In this document: piece after piece, positions 26,430-39,100 of the stretch
How positions within the stretch are numbered: position 1 is the stretch's first letter
How the letters are laid out: every line of letters starts with the position of its first letter
Source: Eledone cirrhosa
Taxonomy: Eukaryota
Assembly (NCBI GenBank): GCA_964016885.1
Contig: OZ024742.1
Location: 357,058,001 to 357,122,000 of the forward strand
Reading direction: 5' to 3'
Length of the DNA: 64,000 nucleotides
Position numbers and translations under genes: made by a program
The notes under the pieces: generated by a model
The model's database searches: none
Seen by the model: only the letters and a program-made list of their open reading frames with translations
What the model was told of the DNA's origin: nothing

Positions 26430-29400
26430 TTCTGTCTCACTGTTCTAAATAATCTTCTCCACGCTTGTTCTAAAATAATCTTCTCTTTGCTAACTACCCC
26501 ATACCCTGCCCCCACTCTCCACCTTTATTATTTGGACCAATCACAAGTCAACGGCCTATGCTATCACTTCTGGCTGCTTTTCGATATGATGGATGGACTA
26601 AGGAATTTCTGGAGAGTCTGAAGAATCTGGACACTCGATGACAATGCCAAAGATAACGACAAATTCACCTCATGCTGCCGGACGAAAGGGTAACGCCCCC
26701 TCGTCTTTGTTTCGGCCGCGGATGGCCAACATAACCCCAACTCCATCCCCCTCACCCCTCCCTGCGCCCCATCCTCCAAACACAATCCAAAACTTCAGAG
26801 TTGGTACCATGAATGTAGGCACCTTAAAAGGCCGCTCTAACGAGGTTGAAGAAATGCTTGAACGTAAGGAGGTTGATGTTTGCTGTATCCAAGAGACCAG
26901 GTGGAGGGGCGGGTCGGCTAGATTCATTGTGGGTAAAAAACGTTGCTATAAGCTTTTCTGGGTGGGAAATGACAATGGGATAGGTGGGGTAGGAATCATG
27001 TTAGCAGAAAAATGGGTGGATAAGATAATACATGTAAATAGAGTGAATGACAGAATAATTAAAATAAGACTTGTTCTAAATAGAACTACTGTGACAGTAA
27101 TATCTGCATACGCGCCCCAATCCGGACTGCCTGGCGCTATAAAAGAGAGATTCTATGAGACACTGATGCTCACTACCTCCCAAATAACCGACAGTGACTA
27201 TATAATTATTGCTGGCGACCTAAATGGCCACGTTGGACAACATTGTGACGGCTATGACGGAATCTACGGAGGCTATGGGTTTGGTACTAGAAACGAGGAA
27301 GGCTCCAGAATCCTGGAATTCTGTGATGCAAATAACCTAACTATCTGTAACACTAACTTCAAAAAACGAGACAATCACTTGATCACCTACAGATCAGGGG
27401 AACATACCAGCCAGGTAGATTATATCCTTACCAGAAGATGTGACAGAGTGTCTGTTGTAAACACTAAATCCCTCCCCCATGAAGAATGCACCTCCCAACA
27501 TAGACTGATAATTAGCAACCTCATAGTCAGGACGAGACGTACTAGACAGCAGAAGAGGACTATCCTCAGGAGAAAAATATGGAAGCTAAAGGACCCCACA
27601 GCCAGAAATAAATTTACAAGCATATTACTTGATGCTTTCGACAGTAAGAAAGAGCAATTAGAGTCGTACAATATAGAGGAACAGTGGGAATTCCTGAAAG
27701 CAAACCTGCTGATGGCGGCGGACGAAGTCTGTGGCTGGAGCAGGCCTGTAGGCAGGAGGAGAGTAACAAGGTGGTGGAACAGTAAGGTGGAGCAGTCAAT
27801 TTAGGCCAAAAAGCAGGCATGGAAAGTATGGCAGGATGGGGGAAGTAGAGAAGACTATCAAGTGGCCAGGAGGGAAGCTAGGAGACAAGTGTACTTTGCA
27901 AGAAGGGAAGCAGAGGAAAGAAAGTTCAAGCATGTTCTACAACGTGAGGACCAAAAACGTGAGGTGTTCAGGATTGCTAGGCAATGTGTCAAGGAAAACC
28001 TAATATTGTCGAGGAGAAGTGTGTACTTAATGATGATGGCATACTTGCCATCACTGACGCTGATAAGAAGGTAGCTTGGAAGTGTCACTACGAAAGGAGA
28101 ATAAATGGGAGAAAGACAGTCTCCCCCACATCGACCCAATAGAGAGACCAGCAGTGTTAGTCGCAGGTAGTATAATAAGTAAGGCAATCAAAGATATGAA
28201 GACAGGTAAGGCGACTGGGCCTTCGTAAATAGTTGCTGAGATGCTGAAAGCCTCTGGAACGGTGGGACACACCATGGTCACCCGGATAGTTAACCAAGTC
28301 ACACAGAATAGGGTTGTTCCAAAGGACTGGCATAGCAGCAGCATCATTAACTGCTACAAGGGTAAAGGAGACGCCCTAGAATGTGTAACTATAGAAGCAT
28401 TAAATTAATCGACCAGGTCATGAAGGTCACAGAAAAAGTAATAGCGCAACTAATCAGAGAGAGAATTGATCTAGATGAAATGCAGTTCGGGTTTGTGTCA
28501 GGCAAAAGTACCACAGACGCTCTTTTCATTGTACGACAACTACAGGAGAAATACCTAGCTAAAAGTAAACCCCTATACTTAGCTTTTGTCGACTTGGAGA
28601 AAGCCTTCAACAGAGTCCCCCATTCCATTATCTGGTGTTCTCTTAGAAAACTAGGTGTTGATGAATGGCTTGTGAGAGCTATACAAGCCATGTATAAAGA
28701 AACAGTCAGCAAGGTTAGAATTAACAATGAATATAGTGAAGAGTTTAGCATAAAAGTTGGTGTTCATCAGGGCTTTGTTCTTAGCCCCCTACTATTTATT
28801 ATTGCCCTTCAGGCTATAACATTGTAGTTCAAGACCGGCTGCCCATGGGAATTCCTATACACAGATGATCTAACGCTCATAGCTGAATCAATGGCCGAGC
28901 TAGAGAAAAAATTCCAAACATGGAAGCACGGCCTAGAATCAAAAGGCCTTAAAATTAACATGGCTAAGACTAAAGTTCTAATTTGTAGGAAAGAAAATAA
29001 GGCGCCGGTCCCTTCCAGGAAATGGCCATGCTCAGTGTGTAGGAAAGGCGTAGGTAGAAACTCCATTTTATGTCCCAAATGCAAAGTATGGGTGCATAAA
29101 AGATGTAGTGGGATCACAGGTAAGCTAACTAAGAACATAGATTTTACATGTGGCCGGGGCTCTGGTGCAATAAGTAGCAGCAAGTGCCCACAAAATACTA
29201 GCTCTTTCAATTGCGCAGAGGGATCTATAGAAATAGTGGACAGCTTGCGTTACCTGGGTGACAAAATCAGCAGCGGGGGAGGGTGCTCTGAAAGTACAGT
29301 AGCTAGAGTCAGAACTGGATGGAAAAAGTTCAGAGAACTTATACCACTATTAGCCGCTAAAGGGTTCTCCCTAAAAATGAAAGACAGGCTGTATGATGCC

Positions 29401-30200
29401 TGCATACAAACAGCAATGTTGCATGGCAGTGAGATCTGGGCATTGTGTGCAGAAGATATACGCAGACTAAAGAGGAACGAAGCTTGCATGCTCCGCTGGA
29501 TGTGTAATAGTAATATACGTGAATGGCTAAGCATAAACGAACTAAGGGAAAAATTAGAAATAAGAGGGATCAGATGTTGTTTACTCGAGAGAAGGCTACG
29601 TTGGTATGGTCACGTGATGCGCATGAAAGACGACAGCTGTATAGAAAAGTGCAGGGCAATAAAGATAGATGGTAGCCACGGAGTAGGCAGACCCAGAAAA
29701 ACCTGGGACGACCTGATAAATTCCGACCTCACACACTTACACCTCTCCAAGACAATGTCACTGGACCGAGATTTTTGGTGGTACTCAGTAATAGAGAAAA
29801 CCCGCCTTACCTAAATACAAAGTAAAACCTACTACAGTCAGTAGGCATCTCTAGCAAAATACACACCCGTCCCACCACCCCCACCCATCCACGCCGCCCC
29901 TTTCAATGTAAAGTTATGTTGGTGCCACAACATCCAGGCCGAAACAAATGAGGTCGTGTAGGTGTCACAACAAAAATACACACAGTCCACGCTGTAATGT
30001 GGCCGTGTAGGCAACATGGTAAAAACCTCCCAGTCCCACACTGTAAATGTGGTTGGTGTTAGGAAGGGCATCCAGCTGTAGAAACCCCGCCAGACAGTCC
30101 TATGCGAGCAAGACAATCACTCTTGCCTCAAGTGGGAAAACTCCCGTCCAAACCCATGCAAGCGTGGAACATGGACGTTAAACGATGATGATGATGATGA

Positions 30201-30204
<4 letters not shown>
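26430..30204 (+). mobile_element. Full-length-like RTE LINE, inactivated
   Basis: APE domain 26638-27804 (GTMNV, CIQETRW, ISAYAPQ, AGDLNGH, VDYIL, SQHRL), then RT pieces to 29814, a 3' UTR and (GAT)7. Stop at 27802, frameshifts near 28000-28380 and a stop at 28825. The 5' end is uncertain. Confidence 0.95.
26558..26641 (+). CDS. 27-aa upstream mini-ORF of the RTE, overlapping the main start (ATGA)
   Basis: MLSLLAAFRYDGWTKEFLESLKNLDTR*. Its TGA at 26639-26641 overlaps the ATG at 26638-26640. Confidence 0.4.
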   Translation: MLSLLAAFRYDGWTKEFLESLKNLDTR

Positions 30205-30247
<43 letters not shown>

Positions 30248-30594
30248 GGATAGGCATCTAAACAGTTTCCTTCCCAGAATTTCCACATACAAGACAATAG
30301 TCAACTCAAAGTTACAATAGAAGATGTTTTCCCAAATTACTGTGCAGTGGGATCAAGCCTAGCACTATGCAGTTAGTAACCACTTGGCTTTATAATTATG
30401 TTATATTGTATGTATGGACCTGTAACACCTAAAAGAGTTAAAGGGCACCATATTGTAATACAATGTTTCTAAGGCATTTTTTATTTTTAAACCTGGTGGA
30501 GCCCGTCTCCTCTCCAGGTTTCCAGAGATAGATAGAGTGGGAGAATGGAAGTGAGAAAGAGATATAGAAGAAGAATTGACAACAGTACTAGAAT

Positions 30595-30938
30595 GGTACT
30601 TTTTTTTATTAACCTTGAATGGATGAAAGGCAAAGTTAACCTCAGTTGAATTTGAACTCAGAGGGCAGGGAGTTGAAATGAATACTACAAAGCACTCTAT
30701 CTGACATTCTAACCACTCTAACCAACTTGCCGTCTACCTCAGCATATTATTAGTTGCTTATTATTTTAACTCCTGATAATATTTCAAATGAAATCTTTGA
30801 TATATGAAACTGAATATTTTCAATTATCTTGTCAACTACTTTAATTTAATTGTTTCTACTTTTTTTAATGTTGCCTCATTTACAACAGCTGTTGAAGAAC
30901 ATTCACAATTACAATGTCTTGTTTATATATCCTCTCAG
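30595..30938. repeat. Second copy of the 13255-13598 duplication
   Basis: Direct sequence match. Confidence 0.85.
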
Positions 30939-31211
30939 AGAGCAGAGAACTGAAAGGAATACTGCAAAGCATTTTATTTATCATTCTAATGATAATGCTT
31001 CATTATCTTATATTACTAATCAACATTTTACCTCTATTTACCATGTTTGCGTGAATTAGATAGCTTGTCATGTTCTGAAACTTGATATGTCTGATGTCTG
31101 TGAATTGCTAATATATTCTATTTTTCTATGGTATCTACAGCTGGATGTCCTTCCTAATGACAACCACTTTATGGCCTGACAGGGTGGTGTAAAGGTTATT
31201 TATAAAACGCT

Positions 31212-31402
31212 AATAATTGTTTCTACTTTTGGCACAAGGCCAGCAATTATCCCAGTGCATTACTGGTACTTTATTTTATCGACCCCGTAAGGATGAAAGG
31301 GAAAGTTAACCTCGGCAGGATTTGAACTCAGAATGGCAAGGGCTGTAACTCTATGCATCAAAGCATTGTGTCCGACCCTCTACCGATACTGCCAATCCAC
31401 CA
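31212..31402 (-). mobile_element. SINE copy
   Basis: TACTGGTACTTTATTTTATCGACCCCGTAAGGATGAAAGG...GGATTTGAACTC. Confidence 0.85.
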
Positions 31403-33724
31403 AAACGATAATAGAGCAACAATGCAAGAGAGAAAATTTCTTAGATATTGTTAGTGTATTTTATTCTGATAGTTTTTAACAATCTGGTTTAGCCTGGTTG
31501 AAGGAGTCACAGTATCTTAGCAGATAAGGAAGAAATCTTAATAGATTTGGGAATATTTCCATGGAGAGCCCTTCTTCTTACTACAACTTTTTAGAATAAT
31601 TAAAAAAGTGTATGTGGCAAATTTGATTTGGAATACCAAGCTAATTGGCATACAAAATGTTCAGAGACTAAGAAATAGATGAGTTGTTTGATGGGTTTCT
31701 TTTGTGTAGGTGGGTGGGGGGTGGGGGGGGGGGGGGGGGTAGCAATTTAGAAATATCTTACATGAAACATCTGTGTTGATTAATTTAGAAGTCACTTGAA
31801 TAGTTATATATAACAGTCTTTAGGTACAAAGAAATTCTATTTTTAGAGAATAATATGATACCATCACCCTGTATGATAACACTAAAGAGAAACTGATAAG
31901 TAATTAAAAATCTCTTTCTTATTTATATTTGTTTTGATCATTTTATTATTGTTTTTGTTAATCTGATTGACAAGGAAAATATAATCAAAGAAGAACTGGC
32001 TTTTGGTTCATGTTCAAAAGTAACAATCGTGACTCTTTCCATGGTGTTTGACTGTTTCAGGAAGCTCATAGATTTGCTATTTGCCTCGAGCACAAATCTT
32101 AAATATGATTGTCTCTACTAGGCTATAGGAATCATTGAAATAATTCATTGGTTGTGCTTCGAAAAGATAAAAAGGTTTACAATAATATCAATCAGATTGC
32201 TCAAATACTGACAGTTCTTTTTTTATTGGCCATATTTTCTAGATATAGGAAGTAATTTACTGAGCAGGAAATTGTTTTACTATGAAACTTATGCATGGAA
32301 AGATATAACATTTCTAAACTATTCAACTCACAATCTTTGAACTGATAAGAGAATCAAAATGAAAATAAAAGAAATAGATAAATGATTTACTGTATGTTTT
32401 CTCTGCATTTCACTTAAAGTGAATTGGAAAGAACAGAAGAGACTTTTGTATATAACAATGAATAAAATAAAATATCAAAATTCTCATCAAAGTAAATATG
32501 ATATTGCTATTTCTTTCCTATATTTATGACTCAGTTTTTAAACATTCAAAAGGAATTTTCTTTTCATCTTAAATGTTGAACAGATAAAATGACAAGTGCG
32601 TTGTTTTTGTTTTGTTTTATTTATTTTTTGCTTTGTTTTATTTATTTATTTGTTTTTTGTGTGTGTGTTTTTATGTGTGTGTCTGTTTGTGTCAATTATA
32701 TACTATGCTATTAATCTCTTCTTTCTATCCATCAACCAAAATAAAAATTGAAAAGAGAAATATTACCCATCACATGTTAAATGCTGCAAACATTAAAGCC
32801 ATATATCTCTTTTGAAATGTATAAAAATTTAAATCAATAGAAATTTAATTTTAGTTTCCGTTTATTTTTTCTACTTTGAAAATGGAATGTAAAATTTGGT
32901 TTATATTACTTTCCTATATGCCAATATTTCACTGTTGCATTATAAATATTATCAAATACATTTCAATAATCTTGTGATCATTGTTTAGTTTGTAAATTAC
33001 TCCAATCAAATTTTCCAATTGTATTACTGTGTCTCAATTCAATTTTTTTCATGTCATATTTCAAATGCAATCTACAGCAAATGCCATTATATTTATAAAC
33101 ATAGATTCTGTTTTCCAAATTCCATTCACAAAGTATTGGTTAACCTAAGGCTATAGTAGGAGACACTTGCAGTTCTGTAGCGTTGAATCTGAGTTAAACT
33201 TCTGCATAGTTTCCATCTAACAATTCCACTCATAATGTGGAGACTTCTGGTGCCCTTGACCATAGGACCACTTCACGACTCACCACCATCGGCACAAAGC
33301 TGGCTATCCGCAGATTTGAGCCTCGCAAGCTGGAATGTCTCTTACAACATATCTCCCTTACCATAAGCCTTTTCTGTTTTGCCCATTTGATTATGATAGT
33401 GAGAGATAGTGAGATCAAGAGCGACTGGGGTTATTGAGTTCAGTATTTGGGTCATGCTACGATTAACCACTGCAATGAGAATGGTCAACACATCAGCAAT
33501 GATAAACCTCACTAAACAAACTACAGCCACAATGTATTGGTTAAATAGAGTCTATTGTAGAGCATACTTGTCCAATCTGCAATGCAGAGTGGAGCCCAGA
33601 TGAAAATGATTGAGAACTGAGTTTCTTAACTGCATAATCATATGATGATATATAGAATAATTGAATATGTCAGTTTTTTTAGTAAGGACAATGGATTTTT
33701 AAAAATTAATATAACTATAAAATA

Positions 33725-33942
33725 GGGTGGTGGATTGGCAGTATCAGTAGAGCATAAGACAAAAAGCTTTGCAGTATTTAGTTATGGCCCTTTATGTTCT
33801 GAGTTCAAATCCTGCCGAGGTTAGCTTTGGCTTTCATCCTTGTGGGGATGTTAAAAAGAAGTACCAGTAATGATCTGGTGTTGATTGAATCGACTTTCCC
33901 CTCCACCGAAATTTATGGCTTTGTGCCTAAATCAGAAAACAA
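33725..33942 (+). mobile_element. SINE copy
   Basis: GGTGGATTGGCAGTATC...GAGTTCAAATCC...CTTTCATCC. Confidence 0.8.
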
Positions 33943-34398
33943 TATAAGCATAAAATAGTTTAAATTGGAAGATGCTTGTCTAATGTTAAAATATGTGTCA
34001 AAATGGTTAATAGAGATTACTGTATATACTTGTGTATAAGTTGAGAAATATGTAACAGAAATATTGATAGTAAAATAAGGGAGGGGTTGCTTATATTCAA
34101 GGTCAATATTTTGCCAATTTTCACCAACTTCAACATCTATATAAAAAGGATGAAAATATATGCAGCATCTGGTAATTTCTGTAATGGAAAATGAAAATAT
34201 TTTAAAAATTAAACTTTAATCATCATACACATAATATGGACATTTGGATAATGAATCATCATCATCATCTTCGTTTAACGTCCATCTTCCACGCTAGCAT
34301 GGGTTAGATGGAATGTGTAAAATATTAAATGTTATGGAAGTTGAGAGGAAACAAGTTGATATGGTGGAGTTACACTATAGCTATGTGTATATATACAT

Positions 34399-34441
<43 letters not shown>

Positions 34442-34989
34442 AATGACAGGTATAGAAATTGTTTTAGCAAGAAGCTAATAGTATTCTATAACATATATGT
34501 GACTATGTCGTCAAGATGGGAAAAGTAGTTAACGTAAGATTTAGGAAAAATAATTCAAACTCATCTCAAAAGAGAATCAGGATACAAATTCATCCACAGA
34601 ATTTAGTGAAATCCAGGGAAAAATCAATAGACCTTTAACTCATGATAAAATAAAGTTTAAAACACTTATCATTCAATTTGGAATAACATCAAATGCTCTG
34701 TATAGTCTTAAAAGACTATTTCATGAAAGCTTTCAGTGGAGATGGTCACGATTGGATTTCAATCGTCAGCAGAGCTCAACAGATAACCAGGGCTACCACA
34801 GTATTATAAGCCGAAAAGGGAATTCTAAAACTGGCTAGTTCGCCATCATGCGTGATTATGAAAACGCACATGAGGAAAAACGGGGCTAGTGACGTCAGGA
34901 TGAAAGTGAATGTTTATTTACAAGAAATAGCAGTCAAATACATTCTGAAAAAAACTCTACAAAAGGAGTTCAGCAAATAGCAATATTAT

Positions 34990-35034
<45 letters not shown>

Positions 35035-35164
35035 TGTTCATTGAAACATTTCTTTATAAATATACTGAAACATTTGCACAGACACAGAAATATATTTATA
35101 ATCATGCAGAGTCAGTAAGATACACATACACTAATGAACAGACAAACAGACTATATATATATAT

Positions 35165-35832
35165 ACTAGCTGGCGCCCGGCAAGGTATACCTACCTCCAC
35201 CACTCCACTGCAAAGATACCACACACCCTCCCGTGTCACATTGTCCTTCCGACTTCATAGCAAAGGGGAGGAGCTACCGTAGAAATGAGTTTAAAAAGAA
35301 AGAGTTAAGCTGTATTGTTAATATACATACATACATACATACATACGACAGTCAGCTTTATAAGTATAGATATGTGTGTGTGTGTTTGTGTATGTGTTTG
35401 TGTATGTGTGTTTGTGTATGTGTTTGTGTATGTGTGTGTCTGTGTGTTTTGTTTTGATGTTATCCGGCAATTGGCAAAATCATGTGTGAAAGTATGTGTA
35501 TTTGTGTGTGTGTGTGTTACTTATGCGAGCGATGACATGGTCCTCCTCTGTCTCTCTCTTTCTCTCTCTCTGAATAACTAACACTTTAATTTCATCTCTC
35601 TCTGTCTAACGGCCTATCTCTTTCTTTTCCCCAACCTCTGTTTTTCTGTCTCTCTCTGTAAATGTGTGTGTGATTATAGAGAGAGGGAAGAACGACGGTA
35701 TGAAGAGTGACAGAGAGAGTAAAGCAGTTAAATTATAGAGAGGGGGAATGATCTATTATAGAGAGAGGAAAGAGTGACAGAGAGAGTAAAGCTAAGAAAC
35801 TATAGGGACACTCAGCTTTATAATATTATAGA
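35165..35832 (-). mobile_element. Probable non-autonomous Helitron(s)
   Basis: On the minus strand there are two A|TCTATA...ATAAAGCTGA 5' ends (35832 and 35370) and a GC-rich GCCGGGCGCCAG-CTAG|T 3' end at 35165, with internal microsatellites. Confidence 0.45.
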
Positions 35833-36066
35833 TATATAAGGTAAAAGATAATAAAAGGGTTTGAAAAGCAAACCTAGTATATATATAAAAGATCTTCATA
35901 ATATGTACAAAAATTGATGTTCAGCAAAGATAACTTTTTCATGTTGGATTATCAGAACATTTGTTATTAGGTTAAATTTCTTTTCTTGTTAAAACTCCTG
36001 CATGCTGATTCTCTACCATATTAGTTTAGTCACTTCTGTCCTTGCTAATTTAAGGAATACACACAA

Positions 36067-36092
<26 letters not shown>

Positions 36093-36100
<8 letters not shown>

Positions 36101-39100
36101 GTGAATATAGACATAGAATATTCGAAAATATTCTGTATGTTTATAATAAACATTTTGAAGACCTAATCGCTATAGAATAGAATACGTCACGTATTACAAT
36201 TAGATTCTCGATAAAAGCAAGGGAAGTAATCTACGCGTTTCATTCTCGTTAGAAATCATCAGGACTACATATCCAGTGCTTTTATCGAGAATGACACAGC
36301 TAGAGACTTATAGAATACTTAGCTGTGTACAGGAACTGGTTTGAAAGAGCGGTTGCCGGTCCGGCAGAAATTAGAAATTGGAATAGATGCTCTGAAATAG
36401 CGATATATATGTGAATATAGACATAGAATATTCGAAAATATTCTGTATGTTTATAATAAACATTTTGAAGACCTAATCGCTATAGAATAGAATACGTCAC
36501 GTATTACAATTAGATTCTCGATAAAAGCAAGGGAAGTAATCTACGCGTTTCATTCTCGTTAGAAATCATCAGGACTACATATCCAGTGCTTTTATCGAGA
36601 ATGACACAGCTAGAGACTTATAGAATACTTAGCTGTGTACAGGAACTGGTTTGAAAGAGCGGTTGCCGGTCCGGCAGAAATTAGAAATTGGAATAGATGC
36701 TCTGAAATAGCGATATATATGTGAATATAGACATAGAATATTCGAAAATATTCTGTATGTTTATAATAAACATTTTGAAGACCTAATCGCTATAGAATAG
36801 AATACGTCACGTATTACAATTAGATTCTCGATAAAAGCAAGGGAAGTAATCTACGCGTTTCATTCTCGTTAGAAATCATCAGGACTACATATCCAGTGCT
36901 TTTATCGAGAATGACACAGCTAGAGACTTATAGAATACTTAGCTGTGTACAGGAACTGGTTTGAAAGAGCGGTTGCCGGTCCGGCAGAAATTAGAAATTG
37001 GAATAGATGCTCTGAAATAGCGATATATATGTGAATATAGACATAGAATATTCGAAAATATTCTGTATGTTTATAATAAACATTTTGAAGACCTAATCGC
37101 TATAGAATAGAATACGTCACGTATTACAATTAGATTCTCGATAAAAGCAAGGGAAGTAATCTACGCGTTTCATTCTCGTTAGAAATCATCAGGACTACAT
37201 ATCCAGTGCTTTTATCGAGAATGACACAGCTAGAGACTTATAGAATACTTAGCTGTGTACAGGAACTGGTTTGAAAGAGCGGTTGCCGGTCCGGCAGAAA
37301 TTAGAAATTGGAATAGATGCTCTGAAATAGCGATATATATGTGAATATAGACATAGAATATTCGAAAATATTCTGTATGTTTATAATAAACATTTTGAAG
37401 ACCTAATCGCTATAGAATAGAATACGTCACGTATTACAATTAGATTCTCGATAAAAGCAAGGGAAGTAATCTACGCGTTTCATTCTCGTTAGAAATCATC
37501 AGGACTACATATCCAGTGCTTTTATCGAGAATGACACAGCTAGAGACTTATAGAATACTTAGCTGTGTACAGGAACTGGTTTGAAAGAGCGGTTGCCGGT
37601 CCGGCAGAAATTAGAAATTGGAATAGATGCTCTGAAATAGCGATATATATGTGAATATAGACATAGAATATTCGAAAATATTCTGTATGTTTATAATAAA
37701 CATTTTGAAGACCTAATCGCTATAGAATAGAATACGTCACGTATTACAATTAGATTCTCGATAAAAGCAAGGGAAGTAATCTACGCGTTTCATTCTCGTT
37801 AGAAATCATCAGGACTACATATCCAGTGCTTTTATCGAGAATGACACAGCTAGAGACTTATAGAATACTTAGCTGTGTACAGGAACTGGTTTGAAAGAGC
37901 GGTTGCCGGTCCGGCAGAAATTAGAAATTGGAATAGATGCTCTGAAATAGCGATATATATGTGAATATAGACATAGAATATTCGAAAATATTCTGTATGT
38001 TTATAATAAACATTTTGAAGACCTAATCGCTATAGAATAGAATACGTCACGTATTACAATTAGATTCTCGATAAAAGCAAGGGAAGTAATCTACGCGTTT
38101 CATTCTCGTTAGAAATCATCAGGACTACATATCCAGTGCTTTTATCGAGAATGACACAGCTAGAGACTTATAGAATACTTAGCTGTGTACAGGAACTGGT
38201 TTGAAAGAGCGGTTGCCGGTCCGGCAGAAATTAGAAATTGGAATAGATGCTCTGAAATAGCGATATATATGTGAATATAGACATAGAATATTCGAAAATA
38301 TTCTGTATGTTTATAATAAACATTTTGAAGACCTAATCGCTATAGAATAGAATACGTCACGTATTACAATTAGATTCTCGATAAAAGCAAGGGAAGTAAT
38401 CTACGCGTTTCATTCTCGTTAGAAATCATCAGGACTACATATCCAGTGCTTTTATCGAGAATGACACAGCTAGAGACTTATAGAATACTTAGCTGTGTAC
38501 AGGAACTGGTTTGAAAGAGCGGTTGCCGGTCCGGCAGAAATTAGAAATTGGAATAGATGCTCTGAAATAGCGATATATATGTGAATATAGACATAGAATA
38601 TTCGAAAATATTCTGTATGTTTATAATAAACATTTTGAAGACCTAATCGCTATAGAATAGAATACGTCACGTATTACAATTAGATTCTCGATAAAAGCAA
38701 GGGAAGTAATCTACGCGTTTCATTCTCGTTAGAAATCATCAGGACTACATATCCAGTGCTTTTATCGAGAATGACACAGCTAGAGACTTATAGAATACTT
38801 AGCTGTGTACAGGAACTGGTTTGAAAGAGCGGTTGCCGGTCCGGCAGAAATTAGAAATTGGAATAGATGCTCTGAAATAGCGATATATATGTGAATATAG
38901 ACATAGAATATTCGAAAATATTCTGTATGTTTATAATAAACATTTTGAAGACCTAATCGCTATAGAATAGAATACGTCACGTATTACAATTAGATTCTCG
39001 ATAAAAGCAAGGGAAGTAATCTACGCGTTTCATTCTCGTTAGAAATCATCAGGACTACATATCCAGTGCTTTTATCGAGAATGACACAGCTAGAGACTTA

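Noticed and set aside
33236-33530. Solo LTR (TGTGG...CCACA) inserted in a SINE
   Set aside because: No clear target-site duplication and no second copy in the window; left uncalled.
34710-34780. Minus-strand CTGACGA...GAAA hammerhead
   Set aside because: I could not build consistent stems I-III.
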